Assembly (NCBI GenBank): GCA_964016885.1
Contig: OZ024742.1
Span: forward strand, 150,536,001 to 150,600,000
Direction of reading: 5' to 3'
DNA: 64,000 bases
From: Eledone cirrhosa
Taxonomy: Eukaryota
The position numbers were made by a program, and so were the translations under genes. The notes under the pieces were generated by a model. The model had not been told where the DNA came from, did not search any database, and was given only the letters and a program-made list of their open reading frames with translations. Position 1 is the stretch's first letter. Every line of letters starts with the position of its first letter. Below are positions 54,318-64,000 of the stretch, piece after piece.

Positions 54318-54994
54318 GGTGACTTCTAACAGTAAATAGCTCAACTTCGGGAGCTCAAGTATACACAGTTCAATCTTAAACCAATCTTAAAGAGAGAGAT
54401 GGAGATAGTAGAGGAGATATGAGAGGAGAGATTGATGAGTTAGTTAGAAGCCAAAGCGTAAAGATGCATCAGATGCAACCAAGACACCATAGTATAAACC
54501 AATATATGGAACATTATATTATGTAACATTATCCCATTATTTTAATTTATATTCCTTTGAAGTTCCGATGAGCCACTCTGTTTTTTAAATATGTTAATTA
54601 TTTTCAACTGAACCAGATCAATTATGATATATAGTCATCTGATCCAGAAATATTATATGGAGTAGTGAAACAATTGTAAACGGACATTATTATTATTAAT
54701 ATTATTATTATGATTATTATTCTCTACATTCCTTACATCAAACTAAAATATGTTGACAATCTTTTAATAATGTCTTCCTTGTGAAATTTGTGGTCTTGTT
54801 TTGCTTAACTAATGAATATTTCCAGCTCTGCGCACCTAACTTCTGCATGAACCCAGCCACCTAGCTGCTTTCTACTGCATATTGCACATTGAGCACTTGC
54901 CTTTACGCTTTGGCTTCTAACTAACTCATCAATCTCTCCTCTCATATCTCCTCTACTATCTCCATCTCTCTCTTTAAGATTGGTTACTCTTGAA

Positions 54995-55070
<76 letters not shown>

Positions 55071-55080
55071 TATATATATA

Positions 55081-57575
55081 TTTTTTTCTGACAGTCTGAA
55101 TGAGTTGGGGGTAAACAACCCAACGGAACTTAAGTACATGTACATGTCACTGTTGTAACTAATTAGACTTAACTCATCCTATGGTCTGAGTGCTCTAAAC
55201 TCTTGGATATTTATACAACATTTGTAGGTGAAACCACGTTTATTATTGTACAAAATATAATTTAGAGCTATATCAGATGAAAGAATGGTATTTAACTAAT
55301 GTATTGGTTTCGCGATGGGGCCTACACACAGCTCTCCGGTGGACAGAATAGAGAAGGCGTTTCTCCGGAGGACGGCAAGGGAGACGCGCTGGAAAAGCCA
55401 CTCCAACTCGCGGGGCTCACACCTGCGGCTGGCCAGCTCAGCGCCTATGGTGGTGAGTAAGGAGGTAGCCCTGGGGCCGAGAACACCAGAAGTCTCTACT
55501 GCCAGGGGAACGACCGCAAACCTGTCGGAGAGCGATCGGTATTTGAGGAGTTTGTCCCCCTCAGCCCGACGTGCAGCAGAACCTGGGTCAGTCGCAGACT
55601 GCACCAGGTTGCGGCTGCAGAAAGTGTCGGTGCAAGTGGCATTACAGACGAGGGGTTTGCCACCGCGGAACGGGAAGATGGTCATGCCACCTGGCCTTTT
55701 ACCGTCCCTTCAATCCAGCCCCACCGGCTCGAGCTGGGAAGGGAAGCCTGCAGCGTCCAAGCCATGCTTAATGACTTCGTTGAGGGCAGCATGGCGTGGA
55801 ATGCGGCAGGCACTGTGGCGACAGGAAAGCGGGTGGAGGCCGAAAGAGTCCACGGTGGAACCGCAGCGACATTGGTGTGGCTGGCAGATCCGGAGGCCGA
55901 GCCTCAGGGAAACACCGATTCGCAGGCTATGGTTGTCTAGCTGCGTGCCAGGGGAGAAGGAGGGCAGAGCATGGGGCCAGGTATCACTGTGGGGTTTGGA
56001 GGCCTCACGAAAACAAGCAAGGCGGTGCTGGTCGAGCTCGCGTGTGAGCCTGTCTGAAGCCAGGCTGCACTGGATGGCATCCCAAGTGCGTTGGGAGCAC
56101 TTGACGTCAACAGGGGGAGAAGGAGGAGGGACGTCTACTGGGCTAAGTCCCAGCCGGTCCCACGTCTCACAGGCGGCCTCACTTTCTCTGAATCAGAGGG
56201 TTCTGTTGCGTTTTGAAGAACCCTGCTGACGAGGACGCGGCACGAGGTTACCGACGAAAGATACGCCGGCAAAGCTAGTGAGATCGGGGACCGGAGGCCA
56301 AAGCCGCTATACCTGACCGGTAAAGTGGCCTGTTGCCACCCTATGTCGTCAAACTTGACGTTGCATATCCCCTCAGCTGCTGCTCGGATACAAATATCGA
56401 GGTCAGCGAGGAGAGATGTCTGGGTGTAGCATGGAGCGGTGCGGGGTGTATAGAGGAGCTTCGGCATGGCGAAGCAGTTCCTCAGCAGAAAGAGAGTTGG
56501 GTGGCCGTCAATCAAGCCCAGTCGGCTCGTGATAGTCTGGAGCTGTTGAAGCCTGGACCTGATGGTGGAGCGGATGGCCGGTGGGTGGATCGGTGACCCG
56601 AGGATGAGGACATCCTCTTTGGGAATCACCTGAACCTGGCGGAGAATGGACCGCACGTCCAAGACGGAGGCTGCAAAGCTCGCAGCATCGAGGCTGACGT
56701 TCACCACGTCCGACTTGGCCGAGTTGACCTGGAGGCCGATTCCCGCCAGGGAAGGAATCACCGATTGAAGGTCATGGCAAAGCGTCCGTACGGGCCCGCG
56801 CAACGTAGCATCATCCAGATACCAAATGTTGAGAGGGGCCGTGATACTCCGGGCGATGTGGTCAATACCAAGGGTGAACAGGAGGGGTCCCAAAGGGTCG
56901 CCCTGTTGGACCCCAGTAGCCGAGGGTATGACCGTATCACCAGCTAGGAGCATGCTCGGGGCTCCATATGACAGGTAGGCCAGCGGGTAGGCAGAGGGGG
57001 CTCGGCTGAGACAGGCCTCGAGCAGATGATCCCGGCGTAAAGAGTTAAAGGCATTCCTCATGTCAAGCTTGACAATGAGGTGCCTGGAGTCCCTGGATGC
57101 CGGTACCGATGGGCAGCTGCTGAAGAACTGCCTGATTGCATGAGCGGCTCCCTCACAGCCACCGGACACGCCGACACCCAGTTGCACGGGACTAAACTCC
57201 TCACCCAGTTCGTGTGAGACGGACTTGCAGATCACCTTGGCAGCCAGCCTCCGGAAGACATTGCCCACAGCAATGGGGCGTATGCCACCCTCTTTCTTCC
57301 TGAGAGCGGTGAGGCTGGCCAAAAAAAAAAAGCCTCGGGCATAAAGGTCGAGGGCACCATGAATCAGCCTATTGGTGAGCGCCACAATTGCACTCAGAAG
57401 GCGGCGTCCGGCCTCAGCGGACAAGGGAGATGTCAACTCCTTGAGGTGGTCTGGTCGGAGACCATCAACACCTCCGCAGCTGCTAGCTGGGAAGGACCTG
57501 ATGGCGGACATGATATCTGCATCAGTAGCCACAAGGAGCAAGTGGGTGTCGGGTGGGGTACAGTAACCAGCCCCA
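55081..57575 (-). mobile_element. CRE-clade non-LTR retrotransposon (RT + RLE), 5'-truncated
   Basis: GGVDGLRPDHLK, GGIRPIAVG..RRLAAK, QLGVG..GCE, KLDMRNAFNS, GVQQGDPLGPLLF, WYLDD, then C-terminal KLLKY..PLAVETSG. Short A tail abutting (TA)n. Confidence 0.9.
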
Positions 57576-57689
57576 GAAGCTTATTGTGACCAGCAGATAC
57601 ACAAGTGTAAGATTGGCAACCCACTGTAATCTGTTGAGCGCGCTATATATATCCGAGTACCCTACACAAGGTGAAAATGCACCACCGAG

Positions 57690-59000
57690 AGATTGACTAG
57701 TCCTTGAAAATTATACCGACCCCATCCAATTATTCTAAGCTCCTCCTTCAAACAGTCGAATATGTAGTCAAACGATTGAGGTGGGGGGCACTGGCCCTTG
57801 ACGTGAAACTATAAAGTTCAGTCAAATCTTTCAACCTCAAGTCTAGAAAATACCCAACTAAGGTAAATGACCTCGTTCCATTTGAAGTTGATCTTATTCT
57901 AGTTGCTAACATATCTTTTCGCAAACACTCCAACTCCTCTCAGAGTAAACTTCGTAGATACTTAAAAAAAACTTCAGATCCTCTGATAAAACCTTCGTCC
58001 TATCGGATAAAACTAACAATCTTTATGAATTGATCACTCTACCTACAACCAAATTCTGAACAAAACCATACAGTCTAAATATAAAAAAAACCGAGCCAGC
58101 TACATACCACGCGATCAATGACGAGGCAAAGCATATAGCTATCACCATCAAAGTAGACAACAAGTTAGAATGCTTGGCTAGGAGAGAAGTTTATATTACA
58201 TTTAAGGATCATAAGGATGACTTTACTAATAAACCAGACTCATAAACCCTGCCAAAACTGAATTAGAACTTGTTAGTAAGGCCATATTTAAAAACATTAA
58301 TATAGCCATTAGACAATAGTCCACCTTAATGAATGGGATAATAGTCAAGTAGTCATAGATTGGTTTAACATTCATAAACACTCTAAGTACCTAGGTTTAC
58401 ACAATTTGATGTAGTTTACTTTTACCCTTCGATACCCAGGACCTTACTTGATAGAGCCTTAGATTTCGCTAGCAATTTCACCAATATTTACGAGTTAGAC
58501 AGGTTAGTAATATCCCACTCTAGGAAAACCCTCCCCTCCTCTTTAACAATAAGGACCTCTAGATTAAGAAATCACTGACAATGACCTATTCAATGTGCGG
58601 AGATGGGGTCATTTGACAGTGCCGATACATGCTATTAGGCAAGTCTTCTTATCTTAGACACATAAGAAATTCCCTAACTTCCATGGGGGCCTATATCGTG
58701 ATGATGGTCTGATACTATCAAACCATAAAAGTGGCCACAACCTCGACACTGTTAGAAAAAAATATGATTACTACATTCAACAACCTAGGAATAAAAATTA
58801 CCATCTTTACCAACCTCACCGGTGTTAACTTCCAAGACGTTAATTTAGACCTATGTACACACATACAGGCCATTCAACAAACTCAGTTGAAAAACGTAAA
58901 TATATACATAAAGACTCTAATCACTCTCCTATACATTAAAAAAAACTCATTAATATCAATAAAATGGTATCCAAACACTCTTCTAGCAAAGTCATCTGAA
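57690..59000 (+). mobile_element. Degenerate PLE reverse transcriptase region
   Basis: KRLRW, LVPFEVDL, FKDHKDDF, INPAKTEL, QFDVVYFYPSI, MGSFD, GGLYRDDGL across several frames. Confidence 0.8.
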
Positions 59001-59944
59001 TGGTGACTGGCACGAATAAGACCATCAAAACTGCAATATGGTGAGAGATACGAAAAAGAACTATACTGCATCGTCCTTCGTGCCGGTTAACAAGGAATAC
59101 ATTCAGGCCTTATGTAGAGGGACCTGTTCGAAAACTATTACTGTCCTGGGAGGCATGGGATGGACACACACATATTGCAAGACCCAAAGTCGATTCGGAA
59201 GGGAGCAAACCTTGACAATTGGAATCTGGAACATCACAACGCTTACAGGTAAGGGGCAGGAACTAGTGGAGGAGACTAGATGCTACCGGCTAGATATCGT
59301 CGGGGTTTCTTCAACAAAATTGCAAGGCTCTAATACTATAGATTTGGATGGACGATGGAAATTCCAGGTATGTAGATACTATTGCATCAGAATTGAGAGA
59401 AATCACTGAGCAAACTGAGAACATTGAGATTGTTCAGCTCAGAAGTTTCTGCTTCAGCTGTTAAATGTTGCCGGTGAAAGAGGTTTGGTATAGAGCCAGA
59501 AGGCAGGAGGGTCCCTTGGTTCAATCAAGAGGTAAAGATGCCATCCGATCCAAGAAGGAGGCCTACAAAGCCTGGATTGGAATTGAGTGCTCCTCGTTGC
59601 ACTAGTGGTATAAGCAGGCACGATGAATCGCAGTAGATACAGTAAAGGCGTCCAGTGTTAAGACATGGAAGGACTTTGGGGTTAAGTTGGAATCCGTCTT
59701 CAGATCAGTTAATAAAGTGTTCTGGCAGATCATCTACCGAATTCGTAATAAGAAGCCCTCTTTTACACCTGCTATCAAGAACGCGTCTGGTGTTCTCCTC
59801 ACTTCAGTGCGTTGCATCTTCGTGAGGCGGAGAGAATACTTTGCTGAACTCCTAAACCTGATCACAAAAGCATCATCTGAGGTACACGATGCGGATATGG
59901 GAGCGGTGACTAATCTCTCGAAGATTAGTCGATATATGGCCATT
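59000..59944 (+). mobile_element. RTE-type LINE 5' fragment (APE domain, internally deleted)
   Basis: LTIGIWNITTLTGKGQELVEE..YRLDIVGVSSTK and FWQ.I.R.R...EYFAELLN. Confidence 0.75.
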
Positions 59945-60235
59945 TCAGGTCCAGCATAGTCGCCGACGAGCCGACCATGAGACAGGGTTGTTGGCAACTA
60001 AACCGGCAAACCGATGATGTTGACAAGTTCCCCTTTTCGGGTAGTGTTTTCGATACTCAGAGAGTTGGATTAGTAGAGTGCAAGGCCTTTCCCCACTTAA
60101 AAAACCTTCAAAGCACAGGCATTGCTTGTTCGGGATATGTTACAGATTCGTGTGGCTGGCCGTAGCCTAAAAGTGCACCATTTTCTGTAATCTGTCAAAC
60201 GATTGCAATACTCTTAGCAGAGTTTGCATCCATCA
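59945..60235 (-). mobile_element. Rearranged family D subfamily copy
   Basis: Matches 46110-46336 and includes a short inverted piece. Confidence 0.6.
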
Positions 60236-60253
60236 TGTATGTATGTATACATG

Positions 60254-60407
60254 TTTTCTCTTTCTCTTAATTTCGAGTATAATTTTTTGACCGGCCACCT
60301 TCCTGGTGGCAAGGTTGTAAAAGTGTAAAAGAAAAGAAATTGTCATCCCTTGAATCGCAAGAATGTTTTGCAAATTTTGAAGGTGCCAGCTATCGCAGCC
60401 ATTTGTA
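60254..60407 (-). mobile_element. Extreme 3' fragment of the R4/Dong LINE in (TATG)n
   Basis: Near-identical to 12856-13001. Confidence 0.9.
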
Positions 60408-60472
60408 TGTATGTATGTATGTATGTATGTATGTATGTATGTATGTATGTATGTATGTATGTATGTATGTAT

Positions 60473-61080
60473 GTCAGGTCACCAGTTGGTGCTACTGGTA
60501 ACATGTATCCCAGTACAACCTGTCTCATGGTCGGATCGTTGGCGACTAAACTGGCAACCCCACCAAGGTTTCTTGGTGAGGGGGGTGACTTTGGACATCC
60601 TGCAGGACTAAAAACAAAACCTGTCAAAGGGCAAAGGAGCTCTTAAGAGTCAATGGCCATCCAAAATCACCGGGAGAGATCACCCCTTAGCCTTTGTCAA
60701 GGCAGAATTCTAGGAGAAGGAAAACTCTGATATAACACCTTCCACCCTGATGGTATCCAATGATGTTGACTTGTTCTTCTTTTTGGTAAATATCATCTTG
60801 GTTAAGAGAGTGGGACTGGCTTTGTGCAGTGCCTTTGCTCACTATAAAAGCTTCATGGCACAGGCATTGCTTTATATCTGGAGATCTCTCTGCACTTGTC
60901 GTCACATGGTACCATGGGCCCAGCACTATGTGTCAATAATTGTCACAAGTGTAGTGTTAGTACCAGAGTTTTCAAGTCGCTGGCTGGACTAAAAAGTCAC
61001 ACTCGTTCAGCGCATCGGTAGGAGTTCTCCTACATGGATATAAAGTAGTGGCCGTACTCGAAAACGAGTTGGCAGCCACC
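60473..61080 (-). mobile_element. Family D, full-length copy
   Basis: Lies between (TATG)n tracts. Confidence 0.85.
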
Positions 61081-61154
61081 ATGTATGTATACATGTATGT
61101 ATGTATGTATGTATGTATGTATGTATGTATGTATGTATGTATGTATGTATGTAT

Positions 61155-61650
61155 GTCGGGTCACTCTTGAGTGCTACTGGTAACATGTAACCCAGTACAA
61201 CCTGTCGCATGGTCGGCTCGTCGGCGACTAAACCGGCAACCCCACCCAGTTTACTTGCAGGACAAAACAAAAAAACCTGACAAAGGGCCGAAGAACTCAT
61301 AAGAATCAACGGTCATCCAAAAGTGTGTAAATATGTATATACACATGTACCGCGCGGTTAAAACACTGGGAGTGAAGGACCCCTAGCCTTTGTCAGGAGA
61401 AGGCAACTCAGGAAACTGGGATAACTCTGATATAAAACCTGCGGATCAGTAGTTACCGATGATGTTGATATTTTCTTCTTTTCGGGTTATAGCTACTGTC
61501 GCTCAGAGAGTGGGATTGGCTCAGTGCACAGTCTTTCCTCACTTTAAAAAAATCTTCACGCACAGGCATTGCACGATAGAATTAATTAATAATTATTAAT
61601 AATGGTATATCGTGCAATGGCCATACTCAATAACGAGGGGGCAGCCATCA
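61155..61650 (-). mobile_element. Family D variant copy
   Basis: Same termini, with TATG on both sides. Confidence 0.75.
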
Positions 61651-61679
61651 TGTATGTATGTATACATGTGCTCCCTTGG

Positions 61680-61950
61680 TTCCGAGGACGAGTGTTCGAG
61701 TTGTTTGATCAATGGAACAGCCAGCTTGCGAGATTGACGTGGGAGTAGTTGAACATTCCACAGACAAGCGTTCTCTTACTTTAGTTCTCAGGGAGATTCA
61801 GGATGACACAGTGTGAGATAAAGCTGACCCTTTAACATACAGGCACAATTCCTTTTTTATCAACTGAGTGAACTGGAAGAACGTAAAATAAGGTGTGCCC
61901 CTGGAAATCGAACTTGCAACGTTATGATCATGAGCCGAAATGCCCATTCA
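61680..61950 (-). mobile_element. CORE-like SINE family 2
   Basis: B-box AAGTTCGATTTCC. Body resembles 28905-29125. Confidence 0.55.
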
Positions 61951-61962
61951 CCACACACACAC

Positions 61963-62062
<100 letters not shown>

Positions 62063-62355
62063 AAGGTAAAAAGCAAATAAGCTAATCTAGAGGAGAGAAA
62101 GGTGATTAGTTATGCAGGTTACTAGCCAGTATAAGGAAGGTTAGTATGCTCAATGCATATAGGTTGTTAGACTAGCGAGACATGCGATTAGATAGAAAGA
62201 GAGATAGCTTAACAATCGTATAATAAGCAGAGCAAAAAATCATTTTTAAAATGCTGGAGAGAACAACAAAGATTTATGAATACATGTATATAGCATTTTA
62301 AATATATATATATATATATATTTATATGTGTGTGTGTGTGTGTGTGTATGTGTGT

Positions 62356-62384
<29 letters not shown>

Positions 62385-62391
<7 letters not shown>

Positions 62392-62850
62392 ACAAGAATT
62401 GGTATAAACATGGACTAAACACAGTATATAATCACGACCTACCTGCAATCATCTGGGATATGCCAATCCAAAGTGACAAGGAAATCAAGGCAAACTCTTC
62501 AGGCATAATAGCCAAGGACCAGAACAAAAATAGATACTACACTGATAGATATCGCAACTCCTTCAGGTCCAAATATTGCTTGAAAAGAAGAGTTAAATTG
62601 TCAAATTACAAGGATCTCGTAATGAAAATAAGGAGAGTGTGGAACATGAAGGTAAAACAATGGCAGTAGTAATTAGGAGACTAAAAAAACACGAACAAAA
62701 GTATACTGTCCATGTGAGGGTTCACAACGCTGCACACTGACCAGAATATAGTTCTGCTAGGAACCGTCCACATCCTACGTTGCACACTGACCAGAATATA
62801 GTTCTGCTAGGAACCGTCCACATCCTACGCAAAACATTATTTATTTAATA
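62385..62850 (+). mobile_element. Old RLE-LINE (R4-like) C-terminal fragment with a 50-bp tandem duplication (62731-62829)
   Basis: WYKH..IIWDMPIQSDKEIKAN, KLSNYKDL..I.RVWNM, IVLLGTVHILR. Confidence 0.7.
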
Positions 62851-62851
62851 G

Positions 62852-63040
62852 GGCGGTGGATTGGCAGTATCGATAGAGGGTCGGACGCCATGCTTTGCAG
62901 CAAAGAGTTACGGCCCTTTATGATCTGAGTTCAAATCCCGCCGAGGTTAACTTTGCCTTTCATCCTTACGGGGTCGATAAAATAAAGTACCAGTAACACA
63001 CTGGAATAATTGATGGCCTTGTGCCAAAAGTAGAAACAAT
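62852..63040 (+). mobile_element. SINE family 1 with 16-bp target-site duplication
   Basis: ATTATTTATTTAATAG at 62836-62851 and 63039-63054. Confidence 0.9.
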
Positions 63041-63394
63041 TATTTATTTAATAGCACAAAACACGCGCCTTACAATAAATACATTAAAAAACACTCACCC
63101 CATACAACATATGCCCAAGATTAACAGCATAAGATAACACATGCATGTACATTCCAACCATGATCATCTCGTTTTCTCCAATAGAGACTATTTCAAACTA
63201 TATTATTCAGTACGTCCTGCCTTTCCCTTTTAAAGACATTAGGGTTGTAATATAAGACGTTTCGTTGTTATTTCTAGCAGTTCAAGTAACCAGTTCAAGT
63301 AACCTCACTAGAGCGATTATTTATGTTAGTAAATTAGTAAATCAGATGAAATGAAAAGAGAACAAAAATACAGCTACATATATATATATATATG

Positions 63395-63718
63395 AGTAAA
63401 AGTGTAAAGACCCCCCCTTCGGTCACGAATGACCATGGGATTTGCATCTAGAAAGTTCCCCTCCAAGGCACAAGGCCACTCCGGGCTAGGTTGTTTGTGC
63501 ATACCAGTCTCCCTGCTTCACGCCACCGATGTTGTCCAAGGGAAAGGCAAAGTCCGATACAGCTTGGCACCAGTGATGTCGCAACTCATTTCTACAGCTG
63601 AGTGTACAGGAGCAACGTAAAATGAAGTGTCTTGTTCAAGAACACAACTCAAAGCTCGGTCTCCGAGAATCGAACTCACAACCTCACAATTGTAAGCTCT
63701 AACCATTAAGCCATCCGT
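63395..63718 (-). mobile_element. CORE-like SINE family 2
   Basis: TGGCTTAATGGTTAGAGC, GAGTTCGATTC, GTGTTCTTGAACAAGACACTT. Confidence 0.7.
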
Positions 63719-63719
63719 C

Positions 63720-63900
<181 letters not shown>

Positions 63901-64000
63901 GTTACGAGCAGGCACTAATTAAGACACATTTACTCTGTCTTAATTAGTGCTAAATAATACTGTCTTATATAGGCCTCAACGGCGAGAATATTAGGTTGAT

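Larger units (their letters stand above)
51208..55003 (-). mobile_element. Near full-length Penelope-like element (Naiad-like) with inverted 5' pLTR, inserted in (TA)n
   Basis: 51208-51538 is inverted at 54483-54819, and 54361-54463 is inverted at 54901-55003. RT-GIY-YIG ORF in between. TA runs at both ends. Confidence 0.9.

Noticed and set aside
55315-56229. 304-aa plus-strand ORF
   Set aside because: Antisense shadow of the GC-rich CRE ORF.
61071-61083. Kozak-like GCAGCCACCATG at the family D boundary
   Set aside because: The ATG is the first unit of the flanking (TATG)n tract and leads only into repeat.

Overview
Eukaryotic, AT-rich, almost entirely repetitive DNA. The SINE families and the dense (TA)n/(CA)n/(TATG)n microsatellites suggest an octopus-type cephalopod genome (inference). 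No complete host gene is visible, only one candidate 177-bp exon. Recognisable elements are: a near full-length Penelope-like element (PLE; RT + GIY-YIG, Naiad-like CxCx5Cx5C linker) with an inverted pLTR; three more PLE remnants; two R4/Dong-type RLE LINEs in (CATA)n; a CRE-type LINE; RTE fragments; hAT and Gypsy remnants; Tc1/pogo-type MITEs; and about 17 tRNA-derived SINEs. The most notable signal is a set of unrelated non-coding mini-elements carrying minimal type I hammerhead ribozyme (HHR) motifs. They sit in or beside (TA)n tracts and usually fold back on themselves, and one is a terminally redundant 1290-nt unit that looks like a copied RNA circle. In parallel, a ~600-bp non-coding family occupies (CATA)n tracts in the same orientation as the R4/Dong LINEs. 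Most ORFs in the supplied track are microsatellite artefacts. All alignments and folds were done by eye; boundaries are approximate.
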